A stretch of 64,000 nt of DNA, taken from positions 1-64,000 of the forward strand of contig UYFQ01000173.1 of NCBI GenBank assembly GCA_900617105.1, written 5' to 3'. Numbering within the stretch: the first letter of the stretch is position 1; each line of letters opens with the position of its first letter. The DNA comes from Hydrurus foetidus. Lineage: Eukaryota. The notes beneath the pieces were generated by a model. That model worked only from the letters and a program-made list of their open reading frames with translations. It was not told the origin of the DNA and made no database searches. The translations under genes and the position numbers were made by a program. This document shows positions 49,258-60,791 of the stretch, piece after piece.

Positions 49258-52200
49258 TGTGGTTAGCTTACAGATAAACACAGAGATAGGCAAGTCATGA
49301 ATCGGATGGCTCGGATCGTCCCCGATCCGAACCGAACGTACGCCGGTACCCGTACAGCTGTACAGCTGTGCGGGTCACAATGGCCTCCCTCTCTCGAAAA
49401 AAAGGTTGTACTAAATTTTTCATGAACAATTTATCTATGCTTAAATACTAACATATAACTACTATTTCACGTTGAACATTGAGTTTTTTTTTTTTTTTAT
49501 AAACCTATATGTTTCATACTGTATATCGGTTAACGATAATTTTCAGCGAATTTACTTGGAATCAAGTGTTTTAGGTTTTTAGCAATTAAGAACTCGTGGA
49601 CTTTTTCAGCGTCACGCATGTTTTTCCACGGTTCCCAAGTGTTTCTGTCGTGGGGATAATTTAGCCACTTGACGTGAAACTTTAATGTTCCCACCACTCG
49701 GATGTTCCCTTCCATTGCTAGGATATCTTCGATAAAGAATTCGAGATAATCTCGTCGGGCGATATCGGTTGGGTTGACCTTTGTAGGGTCAAACTCAAAT
49801 TGTTTAATATTTGATACATGGTATCTTTTTTCGCGGTTGGTAATAAGATCGAGTAGTGTATACTCGTCGAGATCGTTAGCGACCACTTGCATGGGACCTT
49901 TCCATAAAGTGTGCATGCGTGTTGGTTTTGATGTGCGGTGGGTAACCAGTACCAACGAGTCGATTTCGAACGTTGTGTAGTCGGTGGAACCGCCTGCTTT
50001 TCGTTTCTCGTCCGCTTCTTTGAGTAGTTCAGCAGTGATTCTGATGAGTTCATCTTGCATCTGCATAATTTTCTCAGTAGAATGGGTGACATGAGCCATG
50101 TCTAAGTTTATCTCATCTCGAGGGAGAAGGATGTTGGCATCAAGGTCAATAGCATTGCCGTATATAAGCTTTGCTGCTGTTGACTGTGTCCGTACGTTGA
50201 ATGTCGTATTTATAATTCGTTGTACGAATGGTAAAATTTCTCGGTAGTTTTCCGTAGTTGCACGGTCAAATGTAAATGCCGTGATGTGTCGGTTAATTTC
50301 CTTATTCATACGCTCTACTATCGAGTTTTCTTGCGAAGAGTATGGTAGAATAAGGTTGTGTGTTGTACCGGCAACTTTTACAAATTCCTCGAGGATTTTG
50401 TTTACGAAATGGGAACCGTTATCGGATCGCAGGAATTTGGGAGCTCCGTAGCGACCGATGTGTTCTATTAGGCCTGTTACGGCCGATTTTGCAGTATTAT
50501 CAGTTGTGGCTGATAGTTCGACAAACCTTGTGAAGGTGTCTACCATAACAAGGATGTATCCTTTATCCGGGAATGGACCAATAAAGTCTATGTTTATGCA
50601 TTCCATAGGTGCATATGTTGATGTTGTGAAACGATGGGTGACGGGTTTTTGTTTGTCAGCAGACATCTTTTGGCAACACGGGCATTGTTTAATGTATGCT
50701 CTTATATCGTGTCTCATGCCTTCCCATACTTTCCCTATTTTTTAGGTTTCGCAAAGTGCGATTGAATCCTCCGTGCCCAACGGTAGAGTTGTGGACACGC
50801 ATTAAGTATGCATATATTTCCGCTGCAAGCGGTTTGCAAGTTAGGATTGCTGTTATGATGTGTTTCGGCATCTTGTTTTTACATAGGCGTGACATTGCGT
50901 CAGCGACTTCATTATTTTTCCCAGGGATATACCCTATCGTAAAATCTAATTCCTGTAGCGCACAGCGCCATCTTCCGACCATCTCATTTTTATCCTTGTG
51001 CAGGAAAGTAAGATTTTTGTGATCGGTCAGGATAGTAAACTTACGATCTCGTAGCAGGGCGTCGAGATAGTCACAGCAAAAGTAAAGGGCGTAAGCCTCT
51101 TTTTGTATTACGGACCATTTCAACTGGGTCTTGGTAAGAGATTTGCTTACGAGAGCGACGAGTTGTTTGACTCCGTCGACTTCTTGATATAAATAACCAC
51201 CTATACCGTAGTCAGACGCATCTGTCATGAGGGTAATAGGTGCTACATCGTCGATGAAATATAATAAGGGACTCTTGGAGATAAGATCTTTGACTAACGT
51301 AAACGCGTCGGCCGCTTCGTCTGTCCAGACAAGCAATGTTTGCTTTTGGCGGCGTGATCTATCATTTTGTGTAGCGGTGCTACCACATTTGAGTGATTTG
51401 GTACATGATCCCTAAAGTAATTGGTGAGACCGAGGAACGAACGTAGTTCAGTTGTCTTTCTTGGCATCGGAAAGTCAGTCACACCCGTTATCTTTTTGGA
51501 GCTCATTGATATACCTTCCTTAGATATTTGTCTACCAACATATTCAACTACTTTGACGTTAAGTCTTAGCTTTGCAGCCTTGAGTGAAATGTTTTTATCT
51601 TCTAGACGTTGAAACAATGTTTCTAAACGTTCACAGAATTGGATGTGTCCATCAGCATATATGATGATGTCGTCTAAATAGACTTCACAGATGCTGTATA
51701 TAAGGCCAAGTAGTACTATTGACGCCATCATCTGTTGAAAGTATGATGGGGCCATCTTGGGACCGAATGGTAGTCGTGTGAATTGGTATATACCCATAAA
51801 TGTTATAAATGCGGTAAATACTTGTGCCGCCAGTGTTATTGGGGCTTGGTGGTATCCGGCCGTAAGGTCGATTACGCCGAATACGTTTGGCCGTTGCGCG
51901 CCAAGTCTGTATAACATTTGTTTTATATTTGGGATCGGCCAACTTGCAGATTCGGTTGCCTCATTGAGGTTCCTGTAATCTATGCAGAATCGGAGTGAAC
52001 CGTCTGGTTTATTTGCAAGTATTACTTGGGAGTAATATGAGGCATCGGATGGTTTTATTATTCCCTTTTTGAGCATTGCTACGATTTGTTTTCTGATTTC
52101 CTCTTGTCGCATCGTTGAAGCGACTCTGGGAGCACCCCGATTACGGAAGTGTTTCCATTGAGGTATGTTTACCTTTTTGAAATCAAAGGGGGAATTCGAG

Positions 52201-55200
52201 CGGGTTCTGGACCCAGCTCGTTTTTGAAAAGCGATTTGTGTTTTATGCAAATCGCTTTAATTTCGGCAATCTCAGTTGGTGTACCATCGATATGTATTAA
52301 ATCAATTAAGTACATCGAATCGTTGTTTTGATTGTCTTGAAAAGGAGCGAAGGTATCCTTCGACTTGTAGTCGATCCCTTCCTTATCACGGAAAGACCGA
52401 ACCTCAGGGAGGTCTTCGTCTTCCTCCCTAAGTAGAGCTGCCGCAATACCACGCGTTTCGGTTGGTGTTATGGATGAGGGTGTAAGAGTAGCTACTCTCT
52501 TACGCCTTTTGGTTTTTACACCAGATCCATTCTGACGCGGAAGTGGCAACACTAGTGTTGTCAAATTGGTGGTGCGTAGTATGGACTCATCGGAAGCAAG
52601 CTGAGCAACTGCCGTCGCTGAGCTTGTAGAACACCCGCATGAAGAGTTGCAAGTCTTGTGTGTACAAGCACCTCGAGCTACCAGGTTATCCTGCCGGGGA
52701 AAGTCTGTAGTCGAGGGATTTATGCCCTCCATGACAGAAATGCCAGGAGGTAGTGGGGACCCTGGGTCAGCTATTTTACTTTCCTTTTGGACAGTGTCCT
52801 TTTCCGTTAGTAACGGTAAAGGAATTTCCGTTTGGATTGTGTCTGCTGACGCTGATTCGGCTGATATTACCTCGGGGGTAGTTCGGTGTCTATGAGTACC
52901 GTGTGTGGTACTTGTGCATCGTCCTCAGCCGAGAACGACACCCTTTGTTTTTTAGCGGTGAAGCTGGTATCGCACTAGGCGTTATTTTATCGAGGTTCTG
53001 GAAGAACTCTGGTATTATTTTTACCAAATTTAAATTTTTTATAGTCTGTAATCCTAAGATTAGGTCGACTTTTGACTCCGGAGCTATTCGGACAGGAAGA
53101 CTAAAAGTGTGTTTTAAATCGTCTTTATTAAATGATACAACAATATCAAGCACATTTGTAGATTCTACACATTGATTATTTAAGCCACTACACATCCACA
53201 TGGGTGAGTCGGATTTCCTCAAGTGGGTTTCGCCACGGAGGCCCCGAAGGACTCTACCGTTGATGACGTCCCCGACTTGACATCCAGTGTCGATTTGGGC
53301 TAGGGCTTCCATGCCTCTAGTTTGGTACGTATTGGTTGGAGGAGGAGGAAGAAGAGGAAGATTTATGTCTGTCCCCCTCCTTGCTCTCCGCCTGGTGCGA
53401 GTTGTCCCTGCGATCGTCAGGTCGGTCGCGACTTGGTTTGAAATTGGCGATCGGATCTGTGGTAGAGATATGTGAACTTGTAAGAAATCATCTATGTTTT
53501 CAGTTAATACAGCTGATAGAAGTTGTTTCATTGACGGTAATTCTCGAGCGTACTCGATTATGTCCGTACTTGGGTTAGCAAGTTGTGACTTACTTTTTCC
53601 CTTGTAGTTGGAGCTCAACTTGTTCGTGTTAGAACGATCGTTGTCCCTATCCGGTTGAGTCTGGTTGCTCTTGTACTTGTTGTACTTGGTGTTGTTGTTG
53701 GTGGCCAGCTTTTGTTTCTTGGTCGGACGGTCGTCTTGGGCTCTCCCTGGAGGAGAGAAGTCGTTCTCAACATCGTCAGATGGATACACGTAGGTAGCTG
53801 CCCCGGGGTTGTTGGTGTCCCGGGTAAGTTCCCCGTTGATGTACACATTTGGTACGAAGAATTCGTGACCAATCCGTTTGAAGTCCTTTGCCTCCTCAGA
53901 CTGCGACCAAGTGCGATGGCTACGGTTGCAGTGAGGGTTCATGTGGTTTTGGCATTCGTAACGGTTGTGTCCCTTTTTGCCACAGGTGTGACAGAAGTTG
54001 GTCGCCCGGCTGAGGCCGGACGACTCAGGGTCCACCTGACGTTTTGGGATTGCCTTGTAGGCGTTAGCCGAGTGGCTGTCACGGTGAGGTGCGACCTCAA
54101 CGTCGTCTTGGTCGGTTGGCGTGAGCTTTGACTCGAAGACGAAGTCGAGACCTCCCATGTCCTCCGCGTCTTTGATCATCTGGCGTGCTTCGCCCAGCAT
54201 GACGACAAGACGCGTGAGCATTTTGAAGATGGTATCTTTCCCGGTCTTTTTCGTCTTACGTTTTGTCTTTGCCATGAAATTGTCTGTAAACTTGTTGTTC
54301 TTTGGCAGCTTCTTGTAGAAGGCCTTACAGATATCATTTTGCATGTCGGCATCGATATTGTCGTATGACGTCCAGAATCCGAGTAGGATGTCACGGAACT
54401 CAGAGAGAGCTCTGTCTTCAACAGAAGGATCTTTCCAGCTGATGCGGAATTTGCAATTCTTCAACTTCATTTCGAAGTCGAAATGGGAAGACGTACGTTT
54501 GTTTTTGTAAAAGATCTTTTTAAGATCATTTGCAATGTTCTTTAACGTTAACGTTTTGCCTTCGACCGTTGGCCAGGCGAGACAAGTCTTGGTGTTGTAA
54601 CCTGTCTCGCTTTTGCATCGAAGCAACTGGTCGCGGATCGTTTGGATGGCATCCATTTCGATTAGCATTTCCCAACTGGTTAACATACCGGGGCGGTATG
54701 CTTGTTCGTAAAACGCTCTTGCTGCTTTATCAGCGTCGTCGAGAAGTTTTTCTCGAGTGAGGTAGTACGCCTCCTTCATGTTGATGATGGAGGTTTGCAA
54801 ACCCGCTTTGCGTTGTGGAGGGGAATCCTCTTCCGAGTTTTCCGCCTTTTGCGCGCGGTGTGTTTTACCGGATTTGGCATCGGCTTTGGTTTTCACCTTT
54901 TTGTCCTTTGGGGCGGGTTTGGGACCCGCCTTTGGGGACTTTTTCTTGGCGAGGGGTTTTATCTTAAGGGACTTCTTGTCCTTGGGCTTAGACTTTTCGG
55001 GTTCGACCTCCTCGTCGTCTTCGACTTCGACTTCAGCTTTCGCCTCATCGTCGTCGCTGTTGTCGTTCCCGTCGTCGTCCCCGTCACCCTCTCCGTCGTC
55101 CCCGTCGCCACTACTTGCGTCGGACTCGTCGGAGGAGCTGTCGGGGTTGCCACCATCGCCTCCCGTGTCGTTAACGTCGTCGACGTTACTGTCGTTCGTC

Positions 55201-56370
55201 GTCGGACTCGTCGGGGGTTTGTCGTCGTCGTTGTTGTTGGCATTGTCGTCACCGTCGGCGTCAGCCTCCGGATCTGACTCGGCGTCGGCCTCGGCCTTGC
55301 CGGTGTCGGATGCCTTTTTGTTGTGACTTTGGCGTCGACTGATGGTTCGAACAGATCGTCCTCTGCACCGATTTGTTGCAGTCGCGGAGGGAGTATCGAG
55401 GTTTCTCCCCCTCTTTTTAGGTACCCGCGGGTATCGAGGGGAGAGTCTGTCTCGCCCTCGGCTTCCTCGGGTGCCAACCCGAGGAGCTCGTCGTTTGAGG
55501 GCTCTAAAGCGTCGGCAGCAGCTTGTGCAGCAGCTATTTGTGCTTGCTCTAGTTGTGAGCTGCTTGCATTTCTTTTGTTGCTGCTATGACGCTTTGGAAG
55601 AAAATTTGTTCGTCCTCAAGACGAGTTGGGGTAGCCGAAACATGTATTGCTTCTTTGGCCAGAGCCTGTATCGATTTCTCGATGTTTTGCTTTACAAGGG
55701 CCTGCTCCGCTTTGTGCTTTTCCTTCTCAGTGAGAGGAGCACTGCGCGAAGCGCTTGGAGCTGAAGAAGCAGAGGCGGCTGCGTTAGCAGCCGCTTTCTT
55801 CTTTATTTGGGCCCTTGTCATGGGACTTTTGTCTTGAGCTTGAAACGTCTGGATCTTGGGGTCTTGGACAGCGACGGAACTCGGACGCGGCGCTCTATGG
55901 AGCTGAGGATGTGATCCCGCAGCTATGATGTCGTGGGATCGTAGGATCCTTTAACTGATGGAGCTGTTGGTGGTTTACTTTCGCGCGATTTCGTCGGAAA
56001 TCGCTCGAAAAGTTGCCTGGCGTTTTGAACCTATCAAGGAGCTAAACTGCGGGCGTTTTGGCCAGCTTTCGTTTCTCTAACGATGGGACTTGCTTTTGCT
56101 CGACTCAGAGCTACTTGCTTCGTTAGGCTTCGAGTTTTGAAGCCGTCACGATTTTGTCGCGAAAATATCGACGACTCGAGCTTTTTAACTAAAGCGTTTC
56201 AGAGGCTGTCGATTAGACGTAGCCTTTGTAGTGTCTTTCGACGTTGTTTTCACTTGTTGCCAAGTTACTAGCTTGTTTGCACGCCGTTTTACGGGTCGTG
56301 GCGATGTTTTTGGGAAGCGTTTTGGAACTGGTCTCTAAAAAGAGCACCAAGTTGGTCCAAATACTAGTAT
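49258..56370 (-). mobile_element. Gypsy chromodomain element C, nested, 5' LTR missing
   Basis: PPT GAGAGAGGGAGG followed by a TG..CA LTR at 49379-49258; no second copy of this LTR in the window. Confidence 0.9.
49530..55821 (-). pseudogene. Gypsy C gag-pol, multiply frameshifted
   Basis: Acidic N-terminus, CHTCGKKGHNRYEC, IDTGC, YLDD, TDAS, integrase, chromodomain FHVKWLNYPHDRNTWE. Confidence 0.93.
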
Positions 56371-58271
56371 TCCTGATCAACTGACTCGTGCAATGGTATG
56401 GGGTCATCTTCTCCAGGTGTGGCAGCTTTTTGAGTCCCTTGTCCAAGTTGATACGCTGCAGGTGAGCCGTAGATGTCTTGGGCATGCACTAGATCGGCTC
56501 GAGTGAAGCCGAGATCCTTCATGCTGCCACGCTGGACAACTTCGGCTGTAGCCTTCTAACTGATGAATCCCATACGTATGATAAAATCATAGGCCTTGCG
56601 AGCAGCCAGCAGCTGCCGCTTGGAGTAACGGAGTGCATTTTGGCTAACACTCATGTGAAAGACCTCATGCAGAGTCTTTAGATCCAACAGGTAGTGCCCA
56701 CCGACGCATTTGAATACGAGCGTGGGGCCTACGACCAATTGGACTGCAGAGAATGCATCTTCCATTTCGTTGTAGTGAATATGATGTGTCTCCTGAAGCT
56801 TGTGGTAGCTTAGAATGTTTGCGGCCATGCGAGGTCCAAAGTAGGCAGTGACTCCAATGTCTTGAATGTATCGTTCCGACGTGACCTTAACTCTCTCTCC
56901 TGTAATTCCTTGAACGACAACAGGTGTCGCGCTCGGTGTGATGTCAATCAGGAGCTCTGGGTTGGACACGAGGTGGATACTGGATTGAGTATCTAGCAAT
57001 ACGACGGTTCCTTGTTGTTTGTTTGTTAAAGACATCAGAATGGATACGACATCTTCATCAGTTGGAACTTCGACAAGGGATTCTTCTTCAGCGGGATGGA
57101 ATCTCTCGATCGTTGTAAGAAAAATTTTGGCGTTTTCTGTCGAGTCTGTGAAGTGAACTGTCTTTGTGGGACAAGTTGTTGAACGATGCCCCTTCTTCCC
57201 ACATGTCCAACAGATAATGTCAAGTGGTTTGATGGAGTCAACAACGACTGGATGTGGTGGAGAATAATGTCTGCGGCCTCTTCCTCTGCCTCCGCGGCCG
57301 CCTCGACCACTTCGTCCTCGTCGACCACCTTGTCCTCTACCGCTGCTGCGTCCGCGACCGCCGTCATCTGGTTCATCAACTCTTGATAAGTACACGGCTT
57401 GGAGATTTGGCACTCCTGTACCCCTGAATCGTACGACTTGTGTGTCCTTAATTTCCTTCCATAAGGTTGAGGGGAGGTCAGGGAGTGCTGCGATGCCGCG
57501 TCTCTCGTTGTCGAGGTAGTCTCGAACCAAGGATCCATATCTGGACATGTCGAGCCGGTTGAGCACTCCGATGATGAGTTCATCAGCTGGTATTTCCGGG
57601 AGGCCTACAGAAGTGCGCTCGAGCTGGTAGTCTTCTACTCTCTTTCTGAATGCGAAACTGGTCTCCTGGGGGAACATTCTGATCGACCCCCAAGTGGATC
57701 GGACACGCTCCATGTCTTGGCCGGGATTGCCGCTCTGACGAGCAATGTGCGTCGCTCTGATTCTCTCGATGAGATATAGTAGGTCGCGAATCAAGAAGTT
57801 CGCTACCCAGTCCTCATCGTACTGTACCTCGCTCCTGGAGGATTCACTTAGCTGGGCGTAAACGAGGGCAAAGACTGCCTTTTTATGTTCTTCAGTCTTC
57901 GTCGTCTCGATTTTCCACTCCTTCTTGTCATTGTTGTACTCGGCCAGGATGGCCTTTCCAACGATCGTATTTGCGATTGGATCTGGCTCGGGTTCCTCCT
58001 CGCCGAACTCTGGCGGCGATGTCCAAAAGGCTTGAGCGATGCAGGCCTTGTATTTAATCGCGCAATATTCACCAATCAGCTGCAAGAACTCAATTTGCCG
58101 ATTCTCTCGTGGGGAGGCTCCATAATTGAGGCACGGCATATCAGGATTGCTTCCTTTGAACTTCGCCTCCGTCCTCTGCGGCTCCCTAGCCGGTTGGGGT
58201 GTTCCTCGGCCTCGGCCGCCCCATCTTCTTCGACCTCTCGGGTCGTTCTCGATTCCGCGTCCGGACATCAT
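56371..58271 (-). pseudogene. gag: Copia 2 gag, protease and integrase N-terminus
   Basis: CWTCGKKGHRSTTC and LLDTQS in one frame; after the TAG the frame continues ..AQDIYG..ESVDQE and then breaks off. Confidence 0.9.
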
Positions 58272-58974
58272 TTCAGATTCTCTCTGGCCAAAAACTCTTT
58301 GGGCTTCTCTCACGCAGTGATCGCGACTTCGCTGCAGTAGTTATTTCTTTATGATCGGATTTCCGCAGAAATCGTGTTTTCGTGTTTGGGTGCAACGGAT
58401 AACTGATACAGTGATCCCTGACTTGTTGGAACCAAATCACTTCAAATGTCCTTTATACTTCTAATATAATTCGACTGCCTTATCAGAAGGGGCGTTGAGT
58501 CACCGGGCGCGCTTTCCTGTGATCAGTGGACCGCTTTGGATGAAGGGTTGAGCTTTGACGGCACAAGCGCTTCTTAATTACTTGATAAAGAAATATGCGA
58601 TGGTAGTTGTGGTGGCAACAGCGACAATTCAATTCTATCTTATCAGTTGACGAATTTAAAACGTGGACTTGAATTTGTATCTTTCTGGAAGGATTGTCGT
58701 ACGCATCACTTCAACGGTATTCAAAACATACACAATACAGGTACGCCATCAGATGGTTCGTACCGGCGCCGAAAAGCTACCGGCGACCGGTGGCCTAACC
58801 ACTATACGGCACGAGGCTGGTGATGACGTCACCGTGGAAATCAATTAAATTATAGCGTAAGTACGTGGAATGCCGAACAGGGAACGATAAACGTCTCCGA
58901 TAAAATTTTACGATAAAATATTTTATCGGTTTTCAATTAATTCTACCGTATTTCGTGTTCGGTGGCCCCTTTTA

Positions 58975-59462
58975 GAATGTCTTGAAGATTTCGCAGTAGA
59001 GCATAACAAATTGTAATTAAAAGCACTCTTATCCTGAGAAACGTGCTCTTCCATGGACAGTTTTTGAATCTTCTATATGCTTCTGCAGAATGCTCTCAGC
59101 GAAACTGCAATTACAAAATTGTTTCCTAGCGCTGGTAGCAGTGCACTCATTTGAAGTTGTTCAAAGGATGTTGCAACAGGAGCTATTTCATCTCTGCCTA
59201 TTTACTAGAGAAACATCAGCAATTTCTCTGTGCTTAGCGTGCTGTTGACCCAGAATTGTCAAAGGAGATAAAAGCCCATTGCCCCTTGCACTCGAGCCTA
59301 AAGAAAAGCTAGACTGGTTCTTTCAACCGCCGTTTCGCAAGCGGCATTTTGCATAAGCAGTCAGGAGTTTCAAAAACTGTCCATGAAAGAGCACGTTTCT
59401 CAGGATAAGAATGCTTTTAATTACAATTTGTTGTGCTCTACTGCGAAATCTTCAAGACATTT
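58975..59462. mobile_element. MITE/foldback element with ~135-bp TIRs and TA flanks
   Basis: AATGTCTTGAAGATTTCGCAGTAGAGCA..GGACAGTTTTTGAA is inverted at about 59368-59461; the inner arms are more degenerate. Confidence 0.88.
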
Positions 59463-60791
59463 TATTCAGTATGTAATGTAATGATCACAATATTCTATTC
59501 TATCAGCAGAGTAATAATCCGCGAGATATTTGCAAAAGTGATGGTGATATTGAGGTGATGTTTTTGAACGCTTGTAACTATAACAGCAAATGCCACATAA
59601 TACATGAGACGCTAAGAATTTGCAAGCATTATGACAGATATAATTGAGCGGCTCAGTTGCAAAATAGAGAGGAACTATTTTTTAAGACGAAAATGGCATC
59701 AAAAATTTTCGGTGGAATGGAACATTTGGCGTCAGCCTTTGACGTATTGAAGTTAAGTAGCTAGATTTTGGTGCATGTTCAAGCAAGAATGAAGCGTTAG
59801 AAGAGTCTTACCTGCTGTTGCAGATATTCTGTATGGTTTGGAGATGGTGAAATCTCCTGTTTTCATGAGTCTTCGGGATGCTTGATTTCTCTCGTGATGA
59901 AAATTTCCAAAGGAATGAGTAGCGGCTATAGCTGCTATGATAGGCATGTTGAGGAACTGCTGATTCACTTTTCCAACTGGAGTGAAGCTGCATTTTCTAC
60001 AGTGCTATGAGTTGAGAGGAGTATGATGGTTTGGAGTTTGGAGATGCGAGGGTAGGAGCGGAGAAAGAAAAGTACGGGATCCTCAGGAAAACGGTGAAAA
60101 TAATAAAAACACCTTTGGAACGCCATACAGGCTGGTGTCACCAAGAGAGGTAAAATTCCTTTTTTCACGGAAATGGAAAATAATTAAAAAAGCATCTAAT
60201 TTTCTTGTAAACTCGCGTTTCAGGTCACTGTTAACGGCGCCGTATTCACCAACTCTTCACTATACTTTCGCGCACTACCTTCAATATCGAGCATGGATGA
60301 GATCTTTGGAAGTTTTTCTGCTTCAGCCACTCGACTGCTGGGCTGAAATTATCTGGTGAATTCGCGTACGCGTGTGGATTTTTATTGACAGGTGCGCCCA
60401 TAATTTCATCGGGTCATATCTTTCTCTTGCTCCTCCTCATAGATGATCTCATCGTCGGCAATCGAATCACAATCACGTAGAAATCACAATCACGTAGATG
60501 TTCCGAGCGGACATCTGATCAGCTACGCAATATCTCTGACGTTCTGAGCGTGCTTCGTGAGAGATGAAATTGGATGACCTGGAAATCTCTTGGCAACTGT
60601 GGTTTCTTTTTACGACAAGTTCTATCGACAGCCGGCAGTCCTATGTAACTCTGAGCATAGTGCTTGAGATTGTTGACGTGCGGAGTGACATCGAAGTAGT
60701 CATTAGACTAGAGCCTCGGGGCAGAGCATGATCGTTGGGCTCTCGTAAATGGGATGAAATGTATGCAATGCGTAGAAGCTCATATATAACT

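Larger units (their letters stand above)
46471..58879 (-). mobile_element. Ty1/Copia (CoDi-like) element 2, interrupted by Gypsy C
   Basis: LTRs at 46471-47014 and 58352-58879; perfect TSD GGGAA (46466-46470 and 58880-58884); PPT CAAGGGGTA. Confidence 0.97.

Noticed and set aside
54702..55326. Long plus-strand ORFs
   Set aside because: Antisense shadows of the acidic GC-rich gag region of Gypsy C.
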